A DNA stretch of 64,000 nucleotides from a virus (Duplodnaviria > Caudoviricetes): positions 64,001 to 128,000 of the IMG/VR virus record IMGVR_UViG_3300038679_000357; one strand, written 5' to 3'. The position numbers and the translations under genes are program-made. Every line of letters begins with the position of its first letter. The first letter of the stretch is position 1. Below, one piece after another: positions 9,471 to 19,157 of the stretch. Under the pieces are notes generated by a model. It ran no database searches. It was not told the origin of the DNA and worked only from the letters and a program-made list of their open reading frames with translations.

Positions 9471-9864
9471 CGGCAGACAAGATTTTTCTCAGGGATCTAG
9501 CCGCAATTTCGATTGCATCCTCGCGAGTTGCGGCTGTTACTGGAGATAGACCATATGTGGACGCACTCCATTTCTTCCCTCTGCCGTCACGGATTGTAAA
9601 ATCCCAACGGTACATCTCATCCACTTCCGTACCAGCAAAGACATCAACAAAGGCATCTACAGCCTGGGGATCAACAGAATGGCTATCAATCGACACCAAT
9701 TCTTTAATCTCATCAGTTGACAATCCCATCTCCCGATACGAACTTGCCATTTTCTCCAGCTTGGCTCTATTGGATGCCGCCTTCGACTCCATTGCGTCCA
9801 TCTGCTTTCGCAGACTATCCGCGAAGAGAAAACTTTGCATCACCCTATTGCTCAAACTGCTCAT
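9427..9864 (-). CDS. Hypothetical protein
   Basis: 145-aa ORF in co-oriented run. Confidence 0.7.
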   Translation of the reverse strand: MSSLSNRVMQSFLFADSLRKQMDAMESKAASNRAKLEKMASSYREMGLSTDEIKELVSIDSHSVDPQAVDAFVDVFAGTEVDEMYRWDFTIRDGRGKKWSASTYGLSPVTAATREDAIEIAARSLRKILSADDMETVVDAERISI

Positions 9865-9881
9865 GTTTTCTTCTCTCTATT

Positions 9882-10898
9882 CTATTTCCGACCTTTTACT
9901 CGTATCAATTCTTTGATTCTTTCAGCATCAGCTATATTCCTGCAAAAAGCTTGACACCGTCCGAATCTCACATCGTTATTATTCAAATTCAAGCTAGAAG
10001 TGATAATTTCCTTTGAAGATCCTGCTATTTTTTCTCCAACGAATACAGAATGTTTCATTTCATCGGTTGGACGCTCCAATTCATAGGTGAATGGCTTCCC
10101 GTCAATAACGAACTTATCACTGACGTCAAACCATCTTCCAGCACGAAATGCCTTAACAGTAAATACGCCGCCAGCTTCTGGAACGAAATCAATCGCCTCA
10201 TTCCCATTAAAGTCACTTTTAGCCGTAACAGAGACTTTGGCAACAAAGCCTCGCTTGTCAGCCTCACCAATAAAAACGGCGCGAATGCATGGTTTACCGT
10301 TATTTGCCACAGTCTCGATCGCGTTAACAACATGCATTTTATATTTTGCGACAGTGTTGGACATAACAGAATTAGCATTCGACAATAAATCCGCCTCACT
10401 TACGTCCAATCCGCTAAGATACTTTTCTTTCTCAAACGGCTCCACCATAAACCCCAGCATAGATTGTACTTCTTCAATGCCGCGAATCATCCTGCATAAC
10501 ATTTTTTGATCGTCGTCAGAGGCGGATTGAAACAATGCAATTGCATCATTTTTTATACTTTCAAGAATACGAGAAATCTTACCATCATGCGCATTAAGCT
10601 TAGAATTATCTGTCGACTCCTTTCCGGAACCACTTACTTCATTCTCACCATTCCCTTTCGCCGCACGCTTTCGACGCATTTTACGAATAGCCTCAGCGGG
10701 AGACATAAAAGCGAACTCTTGTTCGCCATCATTGCCAGCAGACTCTGAATTCATGTCAGATGGAATAACTCCAGCCATACGTTGCATAAACCCGTCAATA
10801 AGCAACTTCTCGGTATTAATTTCTTCATTATGATTTGGGTCTACGCCACGAATGTTATTGATAAGTTCTCCGTCTTCTCTAGCTACCCGATTTGCCAT
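9882..10898 (-). CDS. Hypothetical protein
   Basis: 338-aa ORF with GAGGT SD. Confidence 0.75.
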   Translation of the reverse strand: MANRVAREDGELINNIRGVDPNHNEEINTEKLLIDGFMQRMAGVIPSDMNSESAGNDGEQEFAFMSPAEAIRKMRRKRAAKGNGENEVSGSGKESTDNSKLNAHDGKISRILESIKNDAIALFQSASDDDQKMLCRMIRGIEEVQSMLGFMVEPFEKEKYLSGLDVSEADLLSNANSVMSNTVAKYKMHVVNAIETVANNGKPCIRAVFIGEADKRGFVAKVSVTAKSDFNGNEAIDFVPEAGGVFTVKAFRAGRWFDVSDKFVIDGKPFTYELERPTDEMKHSVFVGEKIAGSSKEIITSSLNLNNNDVRFGRCQAFCRNIADAERIKELIRVKGRK

Positions 10899-10900
10899 TT

Positions 10901-11125
10901 TTACCTCAATGATTTCTTTGTTTTTTCACGGGAGTTGCAATTCGGACACCCGTTAATAAAAGTTTTCTCAGACGCAACAAAAGAGCAATTACGGCACTCC
11001 GCATATCCACGAGACGGATCATGTGGAGTCTCAAGGGTAGATAATGCTTCCTTTCTCAACACGCGCCCTGTATGAGTACGCCCCATTACAGACTGCAGGT
11101 CGATGATACGTTGCCAATCGCGCAT
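10901..11125 (-). CDS. Small Zn-ribbon protein
   Basis: CRNC-x11-CPNC. Confidence 0.6.
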   Translation of the reverse strand: MRDWQRIIDLQSVMGRTHTGRVLRKEALSTLETPHDPSRGYAECRNCSFVASEKTFINGCPNCNSREKTKKSLR

Positions 11126-11799
11126 TCAAACACCATATAGGTTTTTATTGTAGCCGCACGGACAGTTTCAGAGAACTGAGACTGAGTCATCTGTCTTATC
11201 TTCCCTGGAGTCAGTCCGTTATCCTTCATAAACTTTGGCGGAATCAAAGCCTCTTTTGATGTACTGGACAATGACCCAAACAATGCGCTATCGGTTTGAA
11301 TGGTCAACATTCCAAGAAGAGTTCTTGCCAACATATAGGAATCGCCAACATTGTCATCGTCGAAATTCTCTCCAGTATGTTGCTTAATTAAATCAAGATA
11401 TAATCTCTTTTCGGCTTTTTTCGTACCCTTTACCGCCGCGCCATTCTGTATGCAAAATTTCTTATGGGTATTTGGCGGAATTTTGTGATACGAAGCAATC
11501 CTTCCCGATTCCACAGCTTTTCTGAACAGCATCAAATCCACACAGCCGCCAAGGGCTCCCAGGTCAAAAATAGATCTCCCCTTGGACGAAAACGAGAATT
11601 CTTCCCTGGTGATTTTCATAACTCCATCAAATTTATCAATAAATAGAGATATTCTCTTACAGATTTCATCCAATCTTTCCACCCCAGTCAACTTAGTTTT
11701 AACCAACTCAGTCGACAAAACCTTACATTCAGGAGTTAGGGCGCACATCGCCGTCCCCGTCAATGATTGGTCGATTCCAATGTAATATATCGAAGCCAT
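11086..11799 (-). CDS. ruvC: RuvC-like Holliday junction resolvase
   Basis: YIGIDQSLTGTA, REEFSF, DLGALGG, IPPNTHKK, DDDNVGDSYMLA; start moved to ATG 11799 (AGGAG SD). Confidence 0.8.
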   Translation of the reverse strand: MASIYYIGIDQSLTGTAMCALTPECKVLSTELVKTKLTGVERLDEICKRISLFIDKFDGVMKITREEFSFSSKGRSIFDLGALGGCVDLMLFRKAVESGRIASYHKIPPNTHKKFCIQNGAAVKGTKKAEKRLYLDLIKQHTGENFDDDNVGDSYMLARTLLGMLTIQTDSALFGSLSSTSKEALIPPKFMKDNGLTPGKIRQMTQSQFSETVRAATIKTYMVFECAIGNVSSTCSL

Positions 11800-12778
11800 C
11801 TTTTCTCCTACCATAGCAAATAGCTGCGGCTTTTAAGTACAATCTATCTATCGAGTATGGCAACTTGCCATTTCGATGAAGGAGAAAATCAGATGAAGAC
11901 TCCTTCAATAATGATTGTACACCGTCGCCAATCCTATTTACGATCTTCATGGCACAATCGACCATAAATTTCGTTGGACGAGCTTTTACTTTGGTGGGGG
12001 GCTCATCCCACCAGTGTTCGTTGAATTTGTCAATATGAACTTCCTCAAACTCCCCATCAAAAGAATTCACTGATCGACACCCTACAGATAACAATTTACT
12101 AATAGCCATGTCAACAGATTCTATCCCCTTAGTAGCCCAATGCTCATTGATTTCTCGAATGGAGGAAGAAAAGTCGCCATTGGCTAACGCGGTGTAAAGA
12201 CTGAAAAATCTAAACGAACTATCTCCAACTACACATAGATTGACATCTCCCTCAGTAATATGACCGTTTGAAACGACCAGTAACTTGTCCACTTCGCAAA
12301 TCAACATTGAAACATCTTCATGACCAACAATTGAAACAAGCATGTTAGCAGCCTTAACGTCAATCTTTCCTCCGGTAGAGATCGCTCGATCAATTACTAA
12401 ATCAACCGCGCTTTCAAACCCATTTAATAATCCAAGACGAATAATCCTTACTGCATTTTCCGGCATTGACTTAATTATGGACATGCACTTTGCGGAAATT
12501 GAATCAACCCGGCAAATCAACATACATTGCGAAGAAACGTTTTCGATCAATAACTTCAACCGATTGCAAAGACTCTCAGAAAACAACGACTCTGGGACAA
12601 TAATGATTTTATTTCCAAAAAAAATGGATGGGATGCACAATTCGTCATCAACACTTTCTATAGAGTCAATCTCAATGCAGCAACCAGAATCGCCAAGAAA
12701 CATTTTCTTAACGTTTTCCATGGGACTATGAGTGAGTCTATGATCGCCTACGAAAATAGCCGCAATTGTTCGAGCCAT
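11729..12778 (-). CDS. holA: DNA polymerase III delta subunit (clamp loader)-like
   Basis: IDVKAANMLVSIVG..VSMLICEVDKLL...ITEGDV..CV.....FSLYTALANGD matches delta domains II-III; directly downstream of dnaN. Confidence 0.7.
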   Translation of the reverse strand: MARTIAAIFVGDHRLTHSPMENVKKMFLGDSGCCIEIDSIESVDDELCIPSIFFGNKIIIVPESLFSESLCNRLKLLIENVSSQCMLICRVDSISAKCMSIIKSMPENAVRIIRLGLLNGFESAVDLVIDRAISTGGKIDVKAANMLVSIVGHEDVSMLICEVDKLLVVSNGHITEGDVNLCVVGDSSFRFFSLYTALANGDFSSSIREINEHWATKGIESVDMAISKLLSVGCRSVNSFDGEFEEVHIDKFNEHWWDEPPTKVKARPTKFMVDCAMKIVNRIGDGVQSLLKESSSDFLLHRNGKLPYSIDRLYLKAAAICYGRRKDGFDILHWNRPIIDGDGDVRPNS

Positions 12779-12779
12779 A

Positions 12780-13940
12780 TCAAATTCCGTATTCTTGTTG
12801 GATAACAACAGAAGTCTGTATGATGGCATTAAATCCATCGCTCGACAATATTATGCCAATTGGCCAATTGGATTTTTTCTCGTTTTTCTGTATGGAAAAT
12901 TCCATTTTCACATCAGAGATACTCCTCCTTACAAAATCCACCATCAACACAGGCGGAATGGCAAAATCATAAGGCGGAATATCAGGCTTTGTCGGCGTAG
13001 CGTATTCGACGGCGCTATGATATTTAGTCCCCCTGGAAGAAACCGACATGAAATTTATCGCTCCATCGCGCACTCTAACGTACATTTCCGTTGAATTAAT
13101 TCTGTTACACGCACCTATGGATTCCAGAAGTTTTTCCGAAGACAAAATGAATCCTGAATCTGTAGCAACACCAATCAATCTAAGAAAATCTGGAGATTTC
13201 TTTTCAAGTCCTTCAGGAAGGCACATTCTAATGCAGGAAGAAGTATTACGTACGTAAACCTTTGTGCCGCTCATTCCCACACTAATCAAACCATCATCGA
13301 ACACTTTTCCAATATATTTGACCATCATTGCCGGTATGAAAAATGGTTTAATCGGGGCGTGATCGCGGATATAAGTGTAGCTAAACGCCCGACCAGTCCC
13401 GCCTCCAACAAATAACCGTTTACCGTCACATCGGAAAGAAAAGTTATTTTTCACTTCTTCTGCATCAAACGCAGTGAACGGTGCAACGCGCTGCATTGCC
13501 GCAACCAAACCTTTATAATCCATTTCACACCATTCAATGTCACTACCAGGAAATTCAAAGTCACTGTACATCTTGCGATTAATACACTGTAAAGATAACC
13601 TTACCTTACCGCTACATAAAACAATCGAGCCATTCTGATCGGCGTCAGTAACAACATGCTCGACAAGGATTTCTTCCTCTTTTGGAAAGAATCTCATAAC
13701 ATCCTGCATCTCTTCAAGAGACAATGACGCCGACCCTTCAACTGCCTGCATGTCAGATATTGGAATAAATGACATTGACGCCATGGATGGTCCGCTTGTC
13801 AGTACCTTCAGCTTACCTTCAGAAAGAGCAATATGCCCATAACCACGGAATGTTGACTTCAACATAGGGTCAGCTTTCAACGACACTCCGCCACGCGCCA
13901 TAACAGCTAAAAGGTCTTCCTTAATCACCCTGAATTTCAC
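12780..13940 (-). CDS. dnaN: DNA polymerase III beta sliding clamp-like
   Basis: ~386 aa three-domain length; GKLKVLTS, YSDFEFP, LVAAMQRV.PF, pattern of beta clamp; GTG 13940 has GAGGAG SD; context with holA/dnaX. Confidence 0.7.
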   Translation of the reverse strand: MKFRVIKEDLLAVMARGGVSLKADPMLKSTFRGYGHIALSEGKLKVLTSGPSMASMSFIPISDMQAVEGSASLSLEEMQDVMRFFPKEEEILVEHVVTDADQNGSIVLCSGKVRLSLQCINRKMYSDFEFPGSDIEWCEMDYKGLVAAMQRVAPFTAFDAEEVKNNFSFRCDGKRLFVGGGTGRAFSYTYIRDHAPIKPFFIPAMMVKYIGKVFDDGLISVGMSGTKVYVRNTSSCIRMCLPEGLEKKSPDFLRLIGVATDSGFILSSEKLLESIGACNRINSTEMYVRVRDGAINFMSVSSRGTKYHSAVEYATPTKPDIPPYDFAIPPVLMVDFVRRSISDVKMEFSIQKNEKKSNWPIGIILSSDGFNAIIQTSVVIQQEYGI

Positions 13941-13950
13941 GATAAACTCC

Positions 13951-14922
13951 TCAGTCTTCGTCAAACAGGGGAATTTTCACATCGCATTGTGTTCTCAGCG
14001 AAGTAGCCTTAGCCCTCACCCTGATGAGAGCATTATCAACTGACTTTTCGTTATACCGCCGCTGATATTTTCTTGACACTTCTTTTGCGATGTCCCTGTA
14101 TGACCTCTTCTCAAGATGCATGATGAATACATCATATTCAAGCGGGCTTAACGTTTTTCCAAGTAGTTCCTTGGTCATTCGAACATCTTCATTACAGCAC
14201 ATATCCTTCAAAAAATCAAACTCATCCCCAAGGACATTCATTAAACAACCATTATCTTCTGATTCATCCTCTGACGGAAACGCTTGTTCAAGTGGAATTG
14301 ATCGATTCAACGGTTGATCACGACGTCGATTTTTAGCTGTATTCAATAAGGTAATAATATACCTTTTCATGCACATCTTAGAAAAATTCACAAAACTCAT
14401 GTTTTTATCTGGATTGAACTTGTTTATTGCCCGGCGACACAGTGCAATACAGGCTTCTTGATAAACATCCTTACCTTCCATTCCTGGGATAATAAACTTT
14501 CTATAGGCGGTGGCGAACACAAATTTATGCATATACGCCAAAATGCGGTTAAAAATCACATCATCTTCACCATATTTTTGTATATACATGGCGAATGCAT
14601 TCATCATTGGTTTCACCTCGACTGGCGGCATATCTCTGAAATCTTTCTCTGGAATATCAAGATATGCATACACTACGTCTTTGGTGATTTTACTCCCCTC
14701 AGACTTGTTTTTTTTCTCTCTTTTAGCCTGCTTTTTTAAAAGCTTCTTTTCTACCTTCTTTTCCGCCTTTTTCCCAGCCTTCTTTCTCTGCCTCTTCTCC
14801 GGCTTCGCGGGCTCTCTTTTTGCTGTTTTTTTTATCTCTCTTTTTTTGCGCTCTTTAATGACCTTTTTTCCCGACTTCTTAGATATCTTGGATTTATTTC
14901 CAGAACCCTTTTTTCTAGGCAT
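13951..14922 (-). CDS. sigH: SigH (Spo0H)-like sigma-70 family factor with Lys-rich N-terminal extension
   Basis: IPGMEGKDVYQEACIAL, FNPDKNMSFVNFSKMCMKRYIITLL, PLNRSIPLE, LSPLEYDVF..HLEKRSYRDIA, KSVDNALIRVR parallel B. subtilis sigma-H regions 2-4. Confidence 0.88.
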   Translation of the reverse strand: MPRKKGSGNKSKISKKSGKKVIKERKKREIKKTAKREPAKPEKRQRKKAGKKAEKKVEKKLLKKQAKREKKNKSEGSKITKDVVYAYLDIPEKDFRDMPPVEVKPMMNAFAMYIQKYGEDDVIFNRILAYMHKFVFATAYRKFIIPGMEGKDVYQEACIALCRRAINKFNPDKNMSFVNFSKMCMKRYIITLLNTAKNRRRDQPLNRSIPLEQAFPSEDESEDNGCLMNVLGDEFDFLKDMCCNEDVRMTKELLGKTLSPLEYDVFIMHLEKRSYRDIAKEVSRKYQRRYNEKSVDNALIRVRAKATSLRTQCDVKIPLFDED

Positions 14923-14933
14923 CTCCTATAACT

Positions 14934-14954
14934 CCGCTCTTGAATATCGAGCGG
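14934..14954. other. Inverted repeat / hairpin in the sigH leader
   Basis: CCGCTC-N9-GAGCGG between the TATAAT box (14968) and the SD of sigH. Confidence 0.45.
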
Positions 14955-14967
14955 GCGTTGAAATTTT

Positions 14968-14977
14968 ATTATACGAT
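14968..14977 (-). promoter_or_regulatory. Putative class II promoter -10 (ATCGTATAAT)
   Basis: Intergenic, upstream of sigH. Confidence 0.5.
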
Positions 14978-14980
14978 GAC

Positions 14981-16066
14981 TTATGCCTTACTGCATAAGC
15001 TTGCTACGAGTGTCTCAAGCACCCACTTTTTGTTATGGTTAACTGTCATTGAGTATTCACATTCTGTAAACCTGGCGGAAAAGCAAAGTAAACGCTTCAG
15101 TCCGCATGATGAAGCAATATTAGATACCAGATCCTTTTCCGAATCAGCCATTGTATATCCAGTTTTCGCCTCAGCAGCCATAAGCATTGCATTCCTAAAA
15201 ACCTCAGACAAGCCACTTACAAGCATCTGCACATTTATTCCGGTTGACACCACTGTCTCGACAGCATCCAGCGCGGCTCCGGCGCTATTTCCAGCAATAT
15301 GCCCTGCAATTTTGTACAAATCATCACGACCAACCAGTCCAAGCATTTGCCTGGCGGCGTCGGCAGTCAATTTACCGTCCGACTGAACAAGAAGGCTCTG
15401 GAAAAAGTTTAAGGCAATACGCATATTGCCTCCACTAATCGCAGACACTTGACGACAAACATCAGGCTCAACATTAGCATTGATGTGAACGGCGAGTTTC
15501 TTCAAATAGTCAGCTACAATACTGTCGCTGATCGGAGCGAAGGGAACTAAAACAAATCTGGACGCAAGGGTTGACGGAATCTTTTGATATTCCGAAGTAC
15601 AAAGAATATACATCACATTGCTGTTTGGCTCCTCGGTAGGCTTGAGGAGAGAACTTATAGCGTCTTTTGTTAAAGAATGGGCTTCATCAATGATAAATAC
15701 CTTTTTTCTTAACGAAGCTGGGCTATATAAACTGGACTCTATAATTCTTTTTATTTCCTCCTTACCTCCATCTGATGCACCGTCCAATTCACGGACGTCC
15801 ATTGCCATATCCATTTTTATTGACTGACACGAAGTACACTCACCACATGGATTGGCTTCCCCATCCTTTCGATTCAAACAATTAACAGACATAGCAAGAA
15901 TACGAGCAGCAGTAGTTTTCCCAGATCCAGAATGACCGACAAGCAAATAAGCATGGTGAAAGGCGTTCTTTTTCGCATATTGCGAAAGAATCTTCACGGC
16001 AGCTTTTTGCCCGACCATCTTTTCGAACTTATTTGGGCGGAATTTACGGTAAAAAACTTCTGACAT
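14981..16066 (-). CDS. dnaX: DNA polymerase III gamma/tau (clamp loader ATPase), gamma-length
   Basis: YRKFRP..F..MVGQ, HAYLLVGHSGSGKTT, NC...CGECTSC Zn module, IIDEAHSL, LLKPTEEP, KIPSTLASR, GGNMRIAL. Confidence 0.93.
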   Translation of the reverse strand: MSEVFYRKFRPNKFEKMVGQKAAVKILSQYAKKNAFHHAYLLVGHSGSGKTTAARILAMSVNCLNRKDGEANPCGECTSCQSIKMDMAMDVRELDGASDGGKEEIKRIIESSLYSPASLRKKVFIIDEAHSLTKDAISSLLKPTEEPNSNVMYILCTSEYQKIPSTLASRFVLVPFAPISDSIVADYLKKLAVHINANVEPDVCRQVSAISGGNMRIALNFFQSLLVQSDGKLTADAARQMLGLVGRDDLYKIAGHIAGNSAGAALDAVETVVSTGINVQMLVSGLSEVFRNAMLMAAEAKTGYTMADSEKDLVSNIASSCGLKRLLCFSARFTECEYSMTVNHNKKWVLETLVASLCSKA

Positions 16067-16085
16067 ACTGACTCCTTCTTCGGCA

Positions 16086-16095
16086 ATTATACAAC
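16086..16095 (-). promoter_or_regulatory. Putative class II promoter -10 (GTTGTATAAT)
   Basis: Intergenic, 19 nt upstream of dnaX ATG. Confidence 0.55.
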
Positions 16096-16129
16096 ACTGT
16101 CGAAGAAGATATATCGCACATATGGAAAT

Positions 16130-16921
16130 TCAACCGTAATAACTGTCAGCGCGTGTCCATGACACATTTGACATGACAAGACCTGGATTCAACTGTATAT
16201 TTTCAGCAGGATGGAAAACAATATCATGAGTGACGTCTATATCGCCAATGACAAACCTGGTGTTATTGAAAGATAACCCATACTGCCCGTCAGTTACCGG
16301 AACAATCAAATCGCCATCGTTTAAGAACGAAATCTGTCCAGAAATATCCTGAATTGCATTTCCGAGGATAGTAACGCCAAGTGATTCTCCGGTCTTCACC
16401 GCCTTATAACCATTAGTAATCGTGTAGGTAAAACTTGGTATTTTAGCTCCAGAGTAAATACCACTCGAAAATTCAATAAAGCATTTATCATGAGTATATA
16501 TCTTCTCACCCTTAGTATACTCTAATGAAATCGTCCGTTTCATAACCGTGTCTTTCGCCACAATGTTAGCGGAAAAATTAACCAACTCCCCCGCTGTCGC
16601 TGAGAGAGAGAGTGAATCTATCTTACAACCAAGCAAACGTCTTGTTTGATTGTCGTAATGATTGAGATCCATCATGAATTCACTTTGCTGCGCCGCCAGG
16701 TTGTAAAGAAACGCCCCCTTTTCATCCGTCAATGGTCCTGATACCGTCCCCGTAATATCCTTTGTTCCACGACTAAAAATGGTTTTCAACCCGGTTCCGC
16801 CATAAGCTGGCAGAAAAGCATTGGGCTCCTGCTTGACACTTATATCAAATGACGCAAAACGAAGGTATGTGTCGCCTATTTTTGCTATCCCTCTAAATCC
16901 TACTTTCCCAGCGAACGGCAT
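16130..16921 (-). CDS. Tail-tube-like protein
   Basis: GFRGIAKIG..RFASFDISVKQE...RGTKDITGTVSG...GCKIDSLSLSATAGELVNFSANIVA, tube-like beta pattern repeated in second half; ATG 16921 has AAGGAG SD. Confidence 0.5.
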   Translation of the reverse strand: MPFAGKVGFRGIAKIGDTYLRFASFDISVKQEPNAFLPAYGGTGLKTIFSRGTKDITGTVSGPLTDEKGAFLYNLAAQQSEFMMDLNHYDNQTRRLLGCKIDSLSLSATAGELVNFSANIVAKDTVMKRTISLEYTKGEKIYTHDKCFIEFSSGIYSGAKIPSFTYTITNGYKAVKTGESLGVTILGNAIQDISGQISFLNDGDLIVPVTDGQYGLSFNNTRFVIGDIDVTHDIVFHPAENIQLNPGLVMSNVSWTRADSYYG

Positions 16922-16923
16922 GC

Positions 16924-17217
16924 TCACTCCTTGCCGGAAGTTTTCTCATCCGGAACAACCCAAAAAGAGATAAATGAATCAATCTCATTAATCATAGCAC
17001 CAACGGCAAAACGATCAGGATCATTCCTTTCACACATTCCACGCCAAACAGCAGCGACGAGAGGACGCATAGCGTTTACTGAGTTAAAGCTCCTGATCCC
17101 AAGTTCTGATGACTCCAACAACCTTTTCGCTAACTCAAGGTCATTTCCTTGTAATTTTGGCAAAACATCCCTACGAAAGTTCTCTATATCGAATTCTGTA
17201 GCATTCAACCTTGCCAT
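16924..17217 (-). CDS. Hypothetical protein
   Basis: 97-aa ORF in coupled run. Confidence 0.65.
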   Translation of the reverse strand: MARLNATEFDIENFRRDVLPKLQGNDLELAKRLLESSELGIRSFNSVNAMRPLVAAVWRGMCERNDPDRFAVGAMINEIDSFISFWVVPDEKTSGKE

Positions 17218-17465
17218 TATGACACCATATATTGAAATTTAGATGTCGATCCGCGAACGTATCCATTTGCAAATCTAATCCTAAATCCGTTTCCTTCCAC
17301 CTTCTCTAAACTCACTTGAGTCCCTTCAATTAACGTAATTAATGCCGTCGTTAGCGGAAACCCGCATGGAACAAACATGGTATCTGACATGCATGTCACA
17401 AACATAATCCCAGACACTGGGAAATTGTCAGACCTTCGCATGTCGTAACGCCTAATCACGATCAA
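17217..17465 (-). CDS. Hypothetical protein
   Basis: 82-aa ORF, 1-nt overlap with next gene. Confidence 0.6.
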   Translation of the reverse strand: MIVIRRYDMRRSDNFPVSGIMFVTCMSDTMFVPCGFPLTTALITLIEGTQVSLEKVEGNGFRIRFANGYVRGSTSKFQYMVS

Positions 17466-18522
17466 TCTCCGAGCAAGAAAAAAGCTGAGCTAAATCATCA
17501 ATATTTTGCAACTCCCAGCCAGCACACACCGACTTAAATTGCGCATCATTCCATCTATTGAATAACTTTGGTTCTGGCAGTTTTAAGCCGCAATACATCT
17601 TTTTTAATGCATATGCTAGTTTTATCCGATCGCGATGAAGAGCGATAATAAGCTCTACCAGCTTGGCTGGATTCCTAACCTTTTTCTGCTCAATTGCCAA
17701 GGCGACTCCTGTGTATGGCATCATCGCACTGCATCTCGTATACGGACTACGATTATCCCCCCTACACGAGATCAATTTATTAATCTCATCTTTATTCAAA
17801 TCTGGATATTCTTTCCTTAACCCATCATAAATCGACATGCAGTGGTCAACAACTGCAGAGTATGACCCATACTGCTTAATCAATTTAACGGCTGTTACCT
17901 CACCGCAGGAAGGAACACCAAATATATTATCGCCATCATCGCCACACAACGCCCCCACATCAACCCATTGACCAGGCTCAATACCATATTCCGCAATGAA
18001 TTTACTTTTTGTTGTAACTGTTTGCTCCCCCTTCATCCTGGTGACGCGGACAACGTTATCGTCGAGTAGTTGAAAATAATCGTCATCATGAGTGAACGCA
18101 ATAACAGGAAACTTACTCTTTAGCATTGCGCAGTACGAACCGATAACATCATCGGCTTCATACCCTTCTTTTACCACTTGTGGGATATCGGTACATGACA
18201 ATATCGATTTTAATGCGGGAACTTGATCGTGTACGGATTGCTTAAATGGATCGATGGCTTCACGATTTTGCTTGTATCGCTCAGGAACAATTCCAAGTTC
18301 GACCGCTCCAGATGATAATTTCGTTCTTTTTACATGTCCGCTATCCCATACAACAACTGGTAAATAACGCTGAAATATCGACCGGACACTGGCTATCTGC
18401 TGTAAAACACCATGAATAACGGACGAGTCCTTTCCAGATGACGTTTTCATTCCATCATGGATGTGGACAGCCTTAAACGCCATGTTATAGGCGTCTATCA
18501 ATAAATACCCAATCTTCTCCAT
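17452..18522 (-). CDS. Stand-alone 5'-3' exonuclease / flap endonuclease (PolA N-terminal domain family)
   Basis: LLIDAYNMAFKA, GYEADDVIGS, HDDDYFQL, ALCGDDGDNIFGVPSCGEVTAVKLIKQYGS; start at 18522 by TAATG overlap. Confidence 0.9.
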   Translation of the reverse strand: MEKIGYLLIDAYNMAFKAVHIHDGMKTSSGKDSSVIHGVLQQIASVRSIFQRYLPVVVWDSGHVKRTKLSSGAVELGIVPERYKQNREAIDPFKQSVHDQVPALKSILSCTDIPQVVKEGYEADDVIGSYCAMLKSKFPVIAFTHDDDYFQLLDDNVVRVTRMKGEQTVTTKSKFIAEYGIEPGQWVDVGALCGDDGDNIFGVPSCGEVTAVKLIKQYGSYSAVVDHCMSIYDGLRKEYPDLNKDEINKLISCRGDNRSPYTRCSAMMPYTGVALAIEQKKVRNPAKLVELIIALHRDRIKLAYALKKMYCGLKLPEPKLFNRWNDAQFKSVCAGWELQNIDDLAQLFSCSEIDRD

Positions 18523-19157
18523 TAAAAAAGCCCTGTTTCCTGCTTCTTTTCCCAATGGTTAATTTTAAACTCAGCAACAAACGCAGCCCCAGCATTAAAT
18601 GATGTGGCTGATTCATCCTGCTCTTCTGAAGACAATTCTCTTTTACCGTCACTTATCGTGGTGACAATAATATCCATGGAGTTGGAATCAAAATCAACTC
18701 CTGAAAAACTGAGATATCCATCAAGTTCCTTAACCACCGCTACTCCACGATTAAAGCCACAAACTTCATAATAGAACTTCATCCGGTTAAATGCTGGCGC
18801 TGAAATATTCCTATCGTTTTTTAGAAGTTCCGTCGTTTCCGACATCACCCTCGAAACACCCTCAAACATTTCTATTTCTACTCTTTCACCTTCCGCCGCC
18901 AAGGCATAGTCGCTTTTATCAAAAGATTCCGTTTTAGATAGAATACTCATTACTGTACTTTCCACCATATACATGGACGGGTACTTTGTTTTATCGACGT
19001 TGCCAAAACTAATTGAATATTTATCCTCATGGTTGTCGATAAATTTTTCGACATTTTCACACATCCAAGCAATTAATTCATTGGCGATATTCGCCGCGAC
19101 AATACCATTCAGCTTAGATATTTCTTCTTCAATCTTTTCAATGCATTCGTTCAACAT
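18522..19157 (-). CDS. Hypothetical protein
   Basis: 211-aa acidic ORF in coupled run. Confidence 0.7.
   Translation of the reverse strand: MLNECIEKIEEEISKLNGIVAANIANELIAWMCENVEKFIDNHEDKYSISFGNVDKTKYPSMYMVESTVMSILSKTESFDKSDYALAAEGERVEIEMFEGVSRVMSETTELLKNDRNISAPAFNRMKFYYEVCGFNRGVAVVKELDGYLSFSGVDFDSNSMDIIVTTISDGKRELSSEEQDESATSFNAGAAFVAEFKINHWEKKQETGLF

Noticed and set aside
10901-11125. Archaeal Spt4/RpoE2 homolog
   Set aside because: Only the CxxC..CPxC ribbon matches; the C-terminal Spt4 segment is absent, so it is kept as a generic Zn ribbon.
14510-14998. 162-aa plus-strand ORF rich in Phe/Leu
   Set aside because: Antisense shadow of the Lys-rich sigH arm; no SD or independent support.
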